Part shown: positions 9,730-20,900 of the stretch, one piece after another
Layout of the letters: each line of letters opens with the position of its first letter
How positions within the stretch are numbered: the stretch's first letter is position 1
Origin: Nannocystis sp. SCPEA4
GTDB taxonomy: Bacteria; Myxococcota_A; Polyangia; Nannocystales; Nannocystaceae
Length of the DNA stretch: 64,000 nucleotides
Assembly (NCBI RefSeq): GCF_026626685.1
Contig: NZ_JAPNJX010000021.1
Location: 297,329-361,328 of the forward strand
Direction: 5' to 3'
The notes under the pieces: generated by a model
Told to the model about the DNA's origin: nothing
What the model saw: the letters and a program-made list of their open reading frames with translations, nothing else
Database searches by the model: none
Position numbers and translations under genes: made by a program

Positions 9730-10734
9730 TCACTGGCTGGCGTCGAACAGTTCCTGTACGAACGCCGGCGGCTCGGGCTCGGCGCGCCAGTCGACCTGCT
9801 TGCGCCCGCGCGTCCAGTCCCAGCGGTACAGCCACGACACCCCCGACGCGCCGGTAAAGCGGTCGGCCTCGCGGTACGCCGGGTCGGTCAACGCCTCGTC
9901 GAGGGTGATGAAGCGATAACCGCGGCGCTTGTAGATCGCCACGATGTCGTCGAAGTACTCGGCGTTGATCTCGTTGGCGTGGAGCAGCAGCACGTGGCGG
10001 ATCGGCCGGCCGAACAGCGCCGCCGTCGCCTCCTCGTGGAACTTCAGCGCCGCTTCCATCGAGGCCACGAACGCCTCGCCGACGCGGCGCATCGTCTCGC
10101 CGTCGCCGCGCGACTTCGCGTCGGTGTAGACGAAGTTGTAGAGCCAGTCCGAGTTGTCGACCGTCACCGGCGCGACCGTGTAGCCGCGCTCCGCGAGGAA
10201 GCGATCGATCTCCGCGCGGACCTCGAGCGACGTGCCCGTGTGCAGGTACGGGTGGCGGAACCAGCGCAGCCCGAGCCCGCGCGACGCGTTGAGCTCGCGG
10301 ATCTCCGGCTCGCCGCGGATCACGTCCGCCTCGTAGTCGGCCACCGGCGTCGCGTGCAGCGATGGGTGGGAGAACGTGTGGTTGCCGAGCTCCACGCCGG
10401 CCTCCGTCCACAGCCGGAGGATCCGCAGGCGCTCGGTCTTCGCCGGTCCGTCCTGCAGCTTCGCCGCGTTGACGAAGCCGACGGTCGGCACCGCGCCGTC
10501 GCGGAGGTGACCGAGCAGCGCGCGCGTCATCGCCTCGGTGCGGGCCGGCTCGAGATCACGGCCGCCGACGATCAGGTCGTCGAACGTCACGGCCACCGCC
10601 GGCGCATCGGTCGCGGCCGCCGGTGCGGGTGCAGGCGCGGGCGTGGCCGCCGGCGTGCACCCGATCACGAGGGTGAGCAGGACGGCGACACCCAGCCGGC
10701 GGCGAACATGGCCCTGGGTGGACTGCGAGAGCAT
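9730..10734 (-). CDS. Polysaccharide deacetylase (NodB-homology) lipoprotein
   Basis: Signal peptide with lipobox LVIGC; NodB-type motifs including NHTFSHP and a conserved D..D region; 334 aa with normal composition. Confidence 0.75.
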   Translation of the reverse strand: MLSQSTQGHVRRRLGVAVLLTLVIGCTPAATPAPAPAPAAATDAPAVAVTFDDLIVGGRDLEPARTEAMTRALLGHLRDGAVPTVGFVNAAKLQDGPAKTERLRILRLWTEAGVELGNHTFSHPSLHATPVADYEADVIRGEPEIRELNASRGLGLRWFRHPYLHTGTSLEVRAEIDRFLAERGYTVAPVTVDNSDWLYNFVYTDAKSRGDGETMRRVGEAFVASMEAALKFHEEATAALFGRPIRHVLLLHANEINAEYFDDIVAIYKRRGYRFITLDEALTDPAYREADRFTGASGVSWLYRWDWTRGRKQVDWRAEPEPPAFVQELFDASQ

Positions 10735-10824
10735 CGCGCGACCATATCAGGCCGGGCGTGATCGGTGGGACTCGCGGCACGCCGCGACCATGGCCGTCCG
10801 CGGACTCGGCGGTAAGAACAGGGC

Positions 10825-11874
10825 ATGTCGCCTCGCCTCCCCTCGCTCACCCTGTTCGTCCCGTGGCTCGTGTGCGCCTGTGGCGGCGACGACCACGGCG
10901 GAGCCAGCGCGAGCAGCGGCGCGGGGATCACCACCGCGCCGGCCGCGAGCGGCATCACCAGCATCGACGACCTGCTGCCGACCACCTCCACGGGCTCCGG
11001 GACCGACGGCCCCGGCACGAGCGAGGGCGACGACAGCGACGCGCTCAAGCTCGACCTCGGCGCGCAGGGCGACTTCGGCAGCCCCGTCGGCCTCGGCTGC
11101 GAGTTCATCGACGTCCTGTTCGTCGTCGACGTCTCGGCCTCGATGAGCGAGGAGAAGGCCAACCTCGACGCCAACTTCCCCAACTTCGTCGCCGTGCTCG
11201 ACGGCTACATCGCCGACCCGAGCAAGGAGGCCGTGGGCTACCGGCTCGGCGTCACCAATTCCTCGATCGTCGACAACAAGGACGGCAAGTCGACCATGGG
11301 CCTCGACGGCGCGCTGTTCGACGGCGACAACCTGTTCGACGACGACTGCGACCTCGGCGGCAGGCTGTGGATCGACGGCCCGGGGGCGAGCGTCACCAGT
11401 GCCTTCAGCTGCCTGGCGCCGGACCCCAAGTCCCCCTGTAACTTCTGCACCGACCTCGGACGCGAGCGGCCGCTCGACGCCATCGACATGTTCATCGCCA
11501 AGTCGGAGGCCGGCCAGGTCAACGCCGGCTTTTACCGCGGCGACGCCTCGCTGCTCGTGATCGTCATCCTCACCGACGAGGACGACGACGTGAACAACAC
11601 CACCACCACGCCCGCGGCCACCAAGAAGGCGCTCGACAAGTTCGCCGGCGGCGACGAGCGCTACGTCGTCGTCACCATCGCCGGCCCGCAGGCCGCCGAG
11701 TGCGACTCGGCGTTCGGCAGCGCCGCCGCGGCCCCGATCCTCCACGAGTTCACCTCGCTGATCCCCAACGGCATGATGGGCGACATCTGCCAGGGAGATC
11801 TGGCTCAGGCGCTCGACCAGGCGCTCGCGCTCATCCAGCTGTCCTGCGACGAGCTGCCGCCGCCGGTCGGCTGA
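10825..11874 (+). CDS. Secreted lipoprotein with a von Willebrand factor A-like domain
   Basis: Lipobox LVCAC; DVLFVVDVSASM (DxSxS MIDAS-like); S/T/G-rich linker; paralogous to 44563..46353. Confidence 0.7.
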   Translation: MSPRLPSLTLFVPWLVCACGGDDHGGASASSGAGITTAPAASGITSIDDLLPTTSTGSGTDGPGTSEGDDSDALKLDLGAQGDFGSPVGLGCEFIDVLFVVDVSASMSEEKANLDANFPNFVAVLDGYIADPSKEAVGYRLGVTNSSIVDNKDGKSTMGLDGALFDGDNLFDDDCDLGGRLWIDGPGASVTSAFSCLAPDPKSPCNFCTDLGRERPLDAIDMFIAKSEAGQVNAGFYRGDASLLVIVILTDEDDDVNNTTTTPAATKKALDKFAGGDERYVVVTIAGPQAAECDSAFGSAAAAPILHEFTSLIPNGMMGDICQGDLAQALDQALALIQLSCDELPPPVG

Positions 11875-12004
11875 GCCCACGACACCGAACGTCCAGGCGC
11901 GCCGGACACGCGAGTCATCGTGCCCACCGCGTCGCGGCGAATCACCAGCGCCTGCGCGCGACGCTTGCTCGCGGCCGTCCGGCCGTTCACCCTCTCCGGA
12001 CTGC

Positions 12005-15000
12005 ATGATGCCCCGTCGGCGCTCGGCCTCATGGATCGTCGCTCTCGCCCCGGTCGGCCTGTTCGTGGCCGCCTGCGGCGGCGACGAAGCGTGTGATCCG
12101 CGGGCGGGATGGTGCGGCGGCGATCCGGAGTTTCGGCTGCTTGCGACGCCGGTCGACGACGCCGTCGTCGTCGACCTCGACGGCGACGGCGAGGACGAGG
12201 CCGTCATGCTCTCAGACGGGCGGAAGCTGACCCTGGCGCACGGCGCCGAATATGACGCCTGGCGTACGAGCGTCGTACTCGGCGAGTCGCCGTTGGCGCT
12301 CGCTGCGTTGCCCGGCGAGGTGGCGGTCGGCCTCGGCAAGCCGCCGCAGCTGGCGATCTTCGCCATGGACGCCGACCATCGGCTCGTGCGGCGACGCGAC
12401 ATTCCGCTGAGCCAGCCACCGGTCCGACTCGACAGCGCCGACCTCGCCGGCGACGGCACCCCGGAGCTCCTCGTCGCGCTCCCCGACGCGAAGGCGATCG
12501 CGGTCGTCGATCCCCGCGACGGCACCGTGCGCGAGTACCCGGCCGGCGAGCAACCGATCGACCTCGAGGTCGGCGACGTCGACGGTGACGCGCACGCGGA
12601 CGTGGTCGTCGTCGACGCCGCGGGCGCGTTGCAATTGCTGCGCGGCGCGGGCGACGGGACGCTGAAACCCGCCGTCGCCCAGCTGGCGTCGGTGGGCGAG
12701 TTCTGGCTCCGGCTCGTCGATCACGACGGCGACGGGGACCTCGACGCCGTGGCCCGCCGCGCGGCTCAGGGCAGCGTGCTGGTCCACCGCAATGACGGCC
12801 ACGGCCGGTTCTCGAGCCCGATCGCCCTGCCCGTCCTCCCCGCCGCAACCCCGAGCGCGGGCCTGGTCGCAAGTCCCGCGTCGCCGAGCGGCCTGGCGAG
12901 CGTGAGCATCCCGCGCGACGATACCCTCGTCACGTGGGTCGGCAAGGGCGCGACCTGGCTCGGGCGCAACGAGCAGGAGCTGGCGGAGACGCGCTGGGTC
13001 GGCCCCGGTCCCGGTGATCAGGTGCTCGTCGGCAGCCGCAACTCTCTGGCGCGCCTGTCCTGGCGCGCCGGCTTCCGCCCGCTCGAGGTGTGGCGCAGCA
13101 CGTCGCTGAATTTCTTCGATGAGCGATCGCTGGCCACCGGTGACCTCGACAGCGATCACTTGCTCGACTTCGCCGCCACGTCCGGCAACCTCCTCCACCT
13201 GTTTCACGGCCGCGCCGACGGCGGCTTCGATCACGAGCTGCAGTACGAGCTCGACGCGCCGGCGACGGCGATGGTCATCGCCGACGTCTCGGGCGACGGG
13301 CGCGACGACATCGTCCTCGACGACGGCGACGACGTGCGCGCCCTGATCGCGGGCGAGGACGGGCAGTTCCTCGCCGGACCGCGGGTCGTGTTGGACTTCC
13401 CGGCGCGCGCGCTGGTGCCGTTGCGGACGGGCGCGGATCCGCCGGTGGCGATCGCCGTGCTGGCGACGAACGCGAACCCCGACGATGTCGAGGTGCCGGG
13501 CGCGCGGGTGCTCCGCTTCGACGACGACGGCCTCGCCACGGTCACGACGGCCATCGAGGACCTGGTCGTGGATGCCCTGGCGCCCGTCGACCTCGACGCC
13601 GACGGCGTCGACGAGCCGCTCATCCTCGGCCACCGCGACGGCGCGACGGTGCTCACGCATCTGACGCCCTCCGACGGCGGGTTCGAGCCGGATTTCGAAC
13701 ACGACCTCGCGGCCCTCGACGTCCCGGTCGCGCCGTGGCCCCGGCTCACCGCGGCCGACCTCGACGGCGACGGCGCTCTCGAGGTGTTCTTCGGCAACAG
13801 CGCGATCCGGTGGCGCATCGACGGTCTCGCCGACGGCGCGCCGGTGACGACCTTCGAGGAGCAGGAGGCCCCGACCCATCTGCACGACCTCGACGGCGAC
13901 GAGCGGCTCGACGCAGTGATGTTCGACTACAACACCATCGCGTACCAGCGCGGCCTCGGCGACGGGACCTTCGCGGCCGAGAGCGTCGAAACCCAGTCCC
14001 CGGAGGGCCTCGCGTTCGCGCTCGCGTCGCGGCCGGACGCTCAATTCGACCTCGTCGAGGTGGCACACCAGTGGGTCGCCAGCCACATCGTGCGCGACGT
14101 GATGCTGCCGGTCGCGAGCGCCGAGTGGTTCGCCTTGCATGGATTCGGCTTCGAGCTGCTCGACGTCGACCTCGACGGCGACGGAAGCGACGACGTCGCC
14201 GCCCGCGTCGCCGGCGGCGTCGTGTGGAGCTGGGGCAGCGAGACCGACCCGCTCGTCCACACCGACGGCGCCACGTTCTCCGGGTGGAGCCCCGCACTCG
14301 CCGTGGGCGACTTCGACGGCGACGGCTTCTCCGAGGTGCTCACGGCCGGCCTCGGCGACTTCATCGAGGCCTTCCGCACCAGCCCGCGGCTCACCGAGCA
14401 GCGGCTCGTCGTCCACCCACTCACGACCGAGGGGATCTGGCGCCTCGCCGTCGCCGACGTCGACGGCGACGGCCACCTCGACATCCTCGCCCTCCACATG
14501 TTGCATGTCGTCAAGCTCGACGTGGCCCGCGGCACCGCCGAGCCGTTCACCTTCGAACCGTGGCAATCGCTCGCCGAGGTGCCGCTCCGCGACCGCGCGC
14601 AGTCGTTCCAGCTCGGCGACGTCGACGACGACGGCGACCTCGATGCCGCCATCACGTTTCCGGAGAACCCTCCGGTCCTGCTGCACAGCGAAGGTTTGAA
14701 CGCGTGGACGACCGTCGACCTGCCCGGCCGGATGGCCGCGTTCGGCAAGCTCGGCCCCGACCACCGCGTCGAGCTCGTGACCCAGGACGGGGCCACCATC
14801 TACCGCCACGAGGGCGGCGACCCCGAGCGACGCGTCGCCCTCGTGACCGAGGAGGCTGCAACGCTGCTGCGGGTGGCCGATGTCGACGGCGACGAGCGCT
14901 ACGACCTGACGGTCGTCGAAAAGCAGGCGACCTTCGCGTGGCTGCTCGGTCGCGGCCCGCCCGCGCGGATCCAGCTCGCAGAGGCCCCGCTCACTGCCGT

Positions 15001-15106
15001 CGCCTACCCCGACGTCGACGGCGACGGTGCGCCCGATCTCGTCGGCCTCGCCGGCGACGGCATGCTCATACGCCGCGGTCGCCGTCCGTCACAAAATGTC
15101 CCATGA
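12005..15106 (+). CDS. FG-GAP/VCBS-repeat (integrin-alpha-like beta-propeller) lipoprotein, ~1030 aa
   Basis: Lipobox FVAAC; repeated Ca-binding DxDGDGxxD motifs (DLDGDGEDE, GDVDGDAHAD, DHDGDGDLD ...); clear paralog of 17951..21052. Confidence 0.8.
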   Translation: MMPRRRSASWIVALAPVGLFVAACGGDEACDPRAGWCGGDPEFRLLATPVDDAVVVDLDGDGEDEAVMLSDGRKLTLAHGAEYDAWRTSVVLGESPLALAALPGEVAVGLGKPPQLAIFAMDADHRLVRRRDIPLSQPPVRLDSADLAGDGTPELLVALPDAKAIAVVDPRDGTVREYPAGEQPIDLEVGDVDGDAHADVVVVDAAGALQLLRGAGDGTLKPAVAQLASVGEFWLRLVDHDGDGDLDAVARRAAQGSVLVHRNDGHGRFSSPIALPVLPAATPSAGLVASPASPSGLASVSIPRDDTLVTWVGKGATWLGRNEQELAETRWVGPGPGDQVLVGSRNSLARLSWRAGFRPLEVWRSTSLNFFDERSLATGDLDSDHLLDFAATSGNLLHLFHGRADGGFDHELQYELDAPATAMVIADVSGDGRDDIVLDDGDDVRALIAGEDGQFLAGPRVVLDFPARALVPLRTGADPPVAIAVLATNANPDDVEVPGARVLRFDDDGLATVTTAIEDLVVDALAPVDLDADGVDEPLILGHRDGATVLTHLTPSDGGFEPDFEHDLAALDVPVAPWPRLTAADLDGDGALEVFFGNSAIRWRIDGLADGAPVTTFEEQEAPTHLHDLDGDERLDAVMFDYNTIAYQRGLGDGTFAAESVETQSPEGLAFALASRPDAQFDLVEVAHQWVASHIVRDVMLPVASAEWFALHGFGFELLDVDLDGDGSDDVAARVAGGVVWSWGSETDPLVHTDGATFSGWSPALAVGDFDGDGFSEVLTAGLGDFIEAFRTSPRLTEQRLVVHPLTTEGIWRLAVADVDGDGHLDILALHMLHVVKLDVARGTAEPFTFEPWQSLAEVPLRDRAQSFQLGDVDDDGDLDAAITFPENPPVLLHSEGLNAWTTVDLPGRMAAFGKLGPDHRVELVTQDGATIYRHEGGDPERRVALVTEEAATLLRVADVDGDERYDLTVVEKQATFAWLLGRGPPARIQLAEAPLTAVAYPDVDGDGAPDLVGLAGDGMLIRRGRRPSQNVP

Positions 15107-15135
15107 GACATGTGGTCTGTCCCATGGAACATGCC
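15091..15135. repeat. 3-4 degenerate copies of the 14-bp-period element (ACAAAATGTC-ccat-GAGACATGTG-gtct-GTCCCATGGA / GGAACATGCC) at the convergent junction of FG-GAP gene 1 and the small lipoprotein gene
   Basis: Read directly; begins within the last codons of 12005..15106. Confidence 0.55.
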
Positions 15136-15172
15136 CGTGGAGACAGGCGCGGCAGCACCGGCCCGTCGCCGC

Positions 15173-15574
15173 TCACGGGCCCTTGCAGTCGGGGACGCCC
15201 TCGAACTTCATGTCGTCGGAGCCGCCGCCGCTGGCGATGAGGCGCTCGTCGGCGCTGAACGTGATGCGACTGGTCGAGCCGCCGTCGCCGGTGAGCACCA
15301 GCGCGTCGCCTTCGCGCGCCCAGCGACCGCCCTCCGTCGCGTCGAGCAAGCGATACTGGTACGAGCCGTCGGGGCACAGCGAGAGCTCGTAGTTGCCGCC
15401 GCGCCCGCCGACGGGCGCGCCGGCGTAGCGCCGGCCCGCGGACTCCAGCGGGGGCAGCCCGTCCGTCGCCGCGGGCTCGGCCGAAGGCGTGGTCGGGGAT
15501 TCGGTGCTCGGGGTCGATCCACCGCGGCATGCGGACAGGAGCAGCGCGAGGGAGAGCGTAAGACGAAGGGACAC
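15173..15574 (-). CDS. Small lipoprotein (~133 aa), function unknown
   Basis: GTG start preceded by AAGAGAGG; predicted N-terminus MSLRLTLSLALLLSAC (lipobox); the listed ORF 15173..15757 extends upstream through R-rich sequence that is unlikely to be coding. Confidence 0.55.
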   Translation of the reverse strand: MSLRLTLSLALLLSACRGGSTPSTESPTTPSAEPAATDGLPPLESAGRRYAGAPVGGRGGNYELSLCPDGSYQYRLLDATEGGRWAREGDALVLTGDGGSTSRITFSADERLIASGGGSDDMKFEGVPDCKGP

Positions 15575-15821
15575 GATGACCTCTCTTGAAAAAACCTCAT
15601 CGTGCGGCGGTCGAGGGTGCCTCGCCCATCCCGCAGATGAATCGGCGCGGCACTCTTTACCACCCCTGGTGCGGGTCGGATACCGCCGACCTCGATCTCC
15701 AGGGATCCTCGACGATCCCCTCGCCGCTCTCACCCGCGCGAGCGAACGGCGGCGCACGCGCGCATCGCATGACCGCGAGGTTCGTCAGGACAGCGGATCC
15801 GCGGGCGCTCTGATACGAACC

Positions 15822-17678
15822 TCAGCGGTGCCGGCGTCGTCGCGGCAGGGCTGCGAGCATCAGCAGCAACCAGGCCGACGTCCTGCCGTCCCGGGCCGCG
15901 CAGCCGCAGCCGTCGTCGCCGGTCGCCGGTGAACCGCCGCTCGCACCGTCGCCCGTGCTCGCGCCCGTCGAGGTCGCGCCGTCGCTCGTGCTCGTCGGGT
16001 CGGTCGCCGACGTCGTCGGCGCCTCGCCGGACTCGCCGGTGCCGCTGGCCTCGCCGGTGGTCGGCGCACACGCGGGGTCGCCCTCGCCGTCGCAGTCGTT
16101 GTCGATGCAATCGTCGGCGATCTCGATCGCGCCCGGCCAGCGCGCCGGATCGGCGTCGTCGCAATCTCCCGCGCACAGGCGGACCCCGTCGTCGTCGCCG
16201 TCGACCTCCTCCGCGGGCAGGTCGCCGTCGCAGTCGTTGTCGCGCCCGTCGCAGACCTCGGTCGCGCCGGGATGGCTCGCGGGATCAGCGTCGTCGCAAT
16301 CGTCGCCGCCGCAGGTGGCCGCGAAGTGCCCGTCGCCGTCGCCGTCGTCGCACGTGCAGTACAGCCCTGCCGCCGCGAGGCCATCGATCATGCCCCAGCC
16401 GCCGTCGTTGTCGGGCGCGTCGGGGTGCGTCGCGGTCGCGCGCAGCAGCGCCAGCATGCCGGCGGGATCGAGGTCGGGGTAGGCTTCCAGCAGCAGCGCG
16501 CCGATGCCGGCCGCCAGCGGCGTCGACAGGCTGGTGCCCTGCGCCATCTCGTACGCCACGAGGGTGCCGGTCCGCACCATCCACACGTCCTGGCCCGGGG
16601 CCACCACATCGGGCTTGATCCGCTCGTCGGCCGTCGGCCCGCGCGAGGAGAATGATGTGACCACGCCGTCGAAGTCGGTCGCCCCCACGGCGATGACGCC
16701 GTCGACGTCGGCGGGCGCGTCCAGCGTCGTCGGATCGGGCCCCTCGTTGCCCATGGCGGAGAACATGATGATCCCGTTGGCGAGCGCCACCGCGGCGGCC
16801 TGCGAGACGACCGCCGTCTTGCCGTCGAGCTGCGACTGCTCGTACCAATCGGAGTACCCGAGCGAGGCGGTGAAGATGTCGGCGCCCATGCCCTCGATCC
16901 ACTCGAGGCCGGCGACGTAGTAATCCTCCTCGTACGGCTCCTCGACGTCGATCTGCTCGGTCTTGGCCAGCAGCACCGAAACGCCGGGCGCCACGCCGGA
17001 GAAGACCTCGCCGTCGCTACCGACGATCAGCGACAATACGCCGGTGCCGTGATAGTGCTGCCCCGGACTGTCACCCTCCTGATCGGCCACGACGTCGTCG
17101 TTTTGAATGAAGTCGCGGGCCGCGATCACCTGCAGCCCGGCGAACGCCTGGTGCTCGAGCAAGAACCCCGTGTCCTGCACGCCGATGACCACGCCGGCGC
17201 CGGTCAGGCCGCACGCGTGCAGGTCCGGGACGTGCAGCGCCGACAGCTGCGGCCACGACAGGCCCTTGGCGCGCGCGGGCGTCGATTCGTCGGTCCCCAG
17301 CGGGCGGTGTTCATGGCGCCGCGTCCGCGCCACCGGCTGAACGCGCGCGACGAACGGCAGGCTGGCGATCGCGGCCCGCTGGGCGGCGTCGGCCTCGACG
17401 CTCACCGCATTGAGCCAGCGCGAGGTCGCACGGATCTGCGCGCCGGTGGCCGCGATCGATTGCACGTAGGCGGACGCCGGCGGCACGTCGCGGAGGTCGA
17501 CCCCGCGGTCGCCGCGGACCCGCACGCGCCGGCGCACGGCTCGCGGCGCGAGCTCCCGCTCCTGCCGCACGAGGGCCGCGTCGAGGTCGGCCGCCTCGAT
17601 CTTCTTGTCGGTGAAGAACACCCACGTCGGCGGCTCCACCAGACCGGTGACGATGGCTAGCGCGGCGAGCTGCAGCAC
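15822..17678 (-). CDS. Subtilisin-like serine protease (peptidase S8) with propeptide, C-terminal myxobacterial Cys-rich repeats and a MYXO-CTERM sorting tail
   Basis: Catalytic motifs: D (VQDTGF), HGTGV, GTSLSTP. Repeats CDDGDGDGHFAATCGGDDCDDADPASHPGATEVCDGRDNDCDG. Tail GCGCAARDGRTSAWLLLMLAALPRRRRHR. Start set at GTG 17678 with GGGAGAGGAG 6 nt upstream; the listed ORF start at 17978 lies in R-rich sequence. Confidence 0.8.
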   Translation of the reverse strand: MLQLAALAIVTGLVEPPTWVFFTDKKIEAADLDAALVRQERELAPRAVRRRVRVRGDRGVDLRDVPPASAYVQSIAATGAQIRATSRWLNAVSVEADAAQRAAIASLPFVARVQPVARTRRHEHRPLGTDESTPARAKGLSWPQLSALHVPDLHACGLTGAGVVIGVQDTGFLLEHQAFAGLQVIAARDFIQNDDVVADQEGDSPGQHYHGTGVLSLIVGSDGEVFSGVAPGVSVLLAKTEQIDVEEPYEEDYYVAGLEWIEGMGADIFTASLGYSDWYEQSQLDGKTAVVSQAAAVALANGIIMFSAMGNEGPDPTTLDAPADVDGVIAVGATDFDGVVTSFSSRGPTADERIKPDVVAPGQDVWMVRTGTLVAYEMAQGTSLSTPLAAGIGALLLEAYPDLDPAGMLALLRATATHPDAPDNDGGWGMIDGLAAAGLYCTCDDGDGDGHFAATCGGDDCDDADPASHPGATEVCDGRDNDCDGDLPAEEVDGDDDGVRLCAGDCDDADPARWPGAIEIADDCIDNDCDGEGDPACAPTTGEASGTGESGEAPTTSATDPTSTSDGATSTGASTGDGASGGSPATGDDGCGCAARDGRTSAWLLLMLAALPRRRRHR

Positions 17679-17805
17679 GGTCGCTCCTCTCCCTCGAGGT
17701 CGCAGTATCGCCGCGGCGCCACGCGGGCGCGGCCCGTCGCCTGCGCGAGCGGGTGAGGCATGTCTCGGCCCTCGACGCGACGGATTCATCCGCGGCCGGC
17801 CGCCA

Positions 17806-17829
17806 CCGACATGTCCTCTCGAACATGTC
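17806..17829. repeat. Two copies of the 14-bp-period element (CCGACATGTC-ctct-CGAACATGTC) in the divergent S8-protease / FG-GAP-2 intergenic region
   Basis: Read directly. Confidence 0.6.
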
Positions 17830-17950
17830 CTTCTCTCCATACCGCCGCGACGCACGGCATCGGGCCGAGACGCCGCGCTCCGCGCTGAAACCCGCGACGC
17901 GACGGCCCGCTTGCCTGCAGGCGGGCGAGCGTTCAACCTGTCCAGGCTCC

Positions 17951-20900
17951 ATGCGGCAGCGACGGCGCTCGATTCCACGCCTGGCCGGTGTCGCGGCCCT
18001 CGGGGCGTTGCTGAGCCTCGCCTGTCGCTACGAGGAGCCGTGCGGCTCGCTGGCGCCGCTGTGCGCCGACGCGGGGCGCTGGCGGACCACGGCGACGCGG
18101 GTGCACGACGCGGTGGTGCTGGACTTCGACGGTGACGGCGAGGACGAGGCCGTGGTGCTGTCGCGCAGCAGTTGGCTGCTCGCGCTCGGGTACGGCGACG
18201 GCTGGAGTTCGACGATCCACTTCGACCGCGAGCCCGTCGGCCTCGAGGCGCTCCCGGGCGAGGTCGCGGTAGCGCTGAGCGAACCGCCGCAGATCGAGGT
18301 CTTCGGCGTCGACGATCGCGGTCGACTCGCGCGGCGGCGGACCATTCCCCTGAGCGAGAGCCCGGCGGCGCTCCGCGCCTGCGACCTCGCCGGCGACGGC
18401 GAACCAGAGTTGATCGCGAGCTTGCCCGAGCGGGGCCGGCTCGCGGTCGTCGATCCGTACGCGGGCGACGTGCGCGAGTACCCGGCGGGGAGTCGACCGT
18501 CGGCGCTCGCGGTCGGCGACGTCGATGGCGACGCGCGGCCCGACGTGGTCGTCGTCGACGAGGCCGCGGGCGCGCTGCAGGTCCTCCGCGGCGCGGGCGA
18601 CGGGCGGCTGCTGCGGCCGTCGCCGAGCCCGTCGTCGCCGCAGGCGCTCTGGCTCGAGCTGGCCGATCACGACGGCGACGGCGACCTCGACGCGGTCACG
18701 CGCGACGAGACGAACGTGCGGGTCCACCACAACGACGGCGGCCGCCTGGCCAGCCCGAGCGCGCTGGCGATCGCCGGCGACCTGCCCACCGGCGCGGGCC
18801 TGGTCGTCGGTCCGGCGGCGACGAACGGCCTGACCGGCATCGGCGCCCCGGTGACGGAGAAGCTACGGACCTGGTTCGGCAAGGGCGCGGCCTTCCTCGG
18901 GCACTCCGATCGTTATCTGCGCGAGCCCGTCGAGTGGGTCGGCCCCGGCCGGGACGAACTCGTGCTGGTCGGCGGGAGCCGCTCCCTGACACGCCTCCGG
19001 TGGGGTTCCAGCGCGTCCGTGATCGAAGTCTGGAGCAGCGAGCTCGGCCCCTGGATCGGGACCGGGCCGGCGCTGGCGACGGGCGACCTCGACGGCGATC
19101 ACCTGCTCGACTTCGCCGCCACCACGGGCGACACGCTGCGCCTGTTCCGCGGCCGCGCGGACCTCGGGTTCGAGTCGATGGCGCAGTTCGAGCTCGACGA
19201 CTACGCGACCGCGGTGGCGATCGCCGACGTGACCGGCGACGGACGCCCCGAGGTCGTCGTCAACGAGCAGGCCCGGGCGCGCGTGTTCTTCCGCGACGAC
19301 GACGGCCAGTTCGGCGCGGGCCTGAGCTTCGCGCCGAGCGTCCCGCCGCAGGCGCTGGTGGCGTTGCGAACCGGTCCGGACCAGCCGGTCGTGATCGTGG
19401 CGTGGCCTCGCCCGTCGTTCGGCCTGACCGAGACGCCCGGAGCGACGTTGCTGCGCTTCGCCGGCGACTACACCGTCGCGCTCGGCGAGCTCGCCGAAGG
19501 GCTGCATGTCGATGCCCTCGTCGCGGTCGACGTCGACGAGGACGGCGTCGACGAGCCGCTGATCCTCGGGCGACGCGACGGGACCGTGGTGCTCACGCGC
19601 ATGACCCCCGCGGGCGAGGGCTTCGCGCCCGGCCCGGAGCACGATCTGGCGGCGCTGTCCGGGCTCCCGCTGGAACCGGACATCTTTGCGTTCCTGGCGG
19701 CGGCCGACCTCGACGGCGACGGTGAGCCCGAGGCGTTCATCGACGCTCCCGGCGGTCGCCTTCGCATCGAAGGGCTCGCCGACGACGCGCCGCAGGCGAC
19801 CTTCGAGGAGCAGCTGCCACCGACGGACCTGCGCGACGTGGACGGTGACGGGCAGCTCGACGCGGTGTACCTGTTCGCCCGATACTTCTATTATTATCAC
19901 GGTCACGGCGACGGGACATTCGAGACCGAACTCCGCGGTCACATGATTCGGGACAACGATGCGATCTTCGCTGCCGACCCCGCGGCGCAGTTCGACCTCC
20001 TCACGCTGAGCAATGTCGTATCCGCCTACCTCACCCGCGATACGATGAGTCTCCGCGGGGCGGGTGACACGTTCGGCTTCCCCGGGCCCGCGGCCGAGTT
20101 CGTCCGCGCGGACCTCGATCTCGACGGCCTCGACGACATCGTGACCATGAGCGCGGACGGCGGGATCGCGGCGATGTGGGGCAGCGAGACCGACCCGCTG
20201 GAGCGCGCCGAGAGCCTCGACGAGCACGGGATGGCCGTCGGCGACCTCGACGGCGACGGCCGCCCCGAGGTCCTGTGGCTCGACGGATCCGGGCTTTACG
20301 CCCAACGCGCCTTTCCTCGACGCCAGGAGCCGGAGCTCGTGCTCGACGACTCCGAGGTGGGGTGGATCGTGCGGCTGGTGATCGCGGACGTCGACGCCGA
20401 CGCGCGGGCCGACCTCGTCGCGCTGCGGGTCGACGACGACCAGATCGCGCTGGAGGTGGCCCATGGCACCGCCGAGCCGCTCCGATTCGCACCGTGGCGC
20501 ACGATCGCGACCGTGTCGGAGTACGACACCGCGGCCATGCAGATCGGCGACGCCGACGGCGACGGCAACCTCGACGTCCTCGTCGATCCCGCGACGACGC
20601 CGAGCGTCCTCGTGCGGGGCCTCGGCTCGCGCGAGTGGGCCGAACCGGAGCCGCTGCCGGGCGAACGGGCGCTGTTCAGCCGCGCCGGCGCAGATGGGCG
20701 GGTCGACCTGTTGACGCAGGACGGCGCGACAATCCATCGCCACACAGGCGGCGATCCCGGGCGCCGCAGCCCGCTCGTGACGGTCGACGCCGCCGTCCTG
20801 GTGGGCGCGGCCGATGCCGACGGCGACGGCCGCTACGACCTCGCGGTCACCGACGGGGAGCGGACGTCCGTGTGGCTGCTCGGGGACGACGGCCCCACGC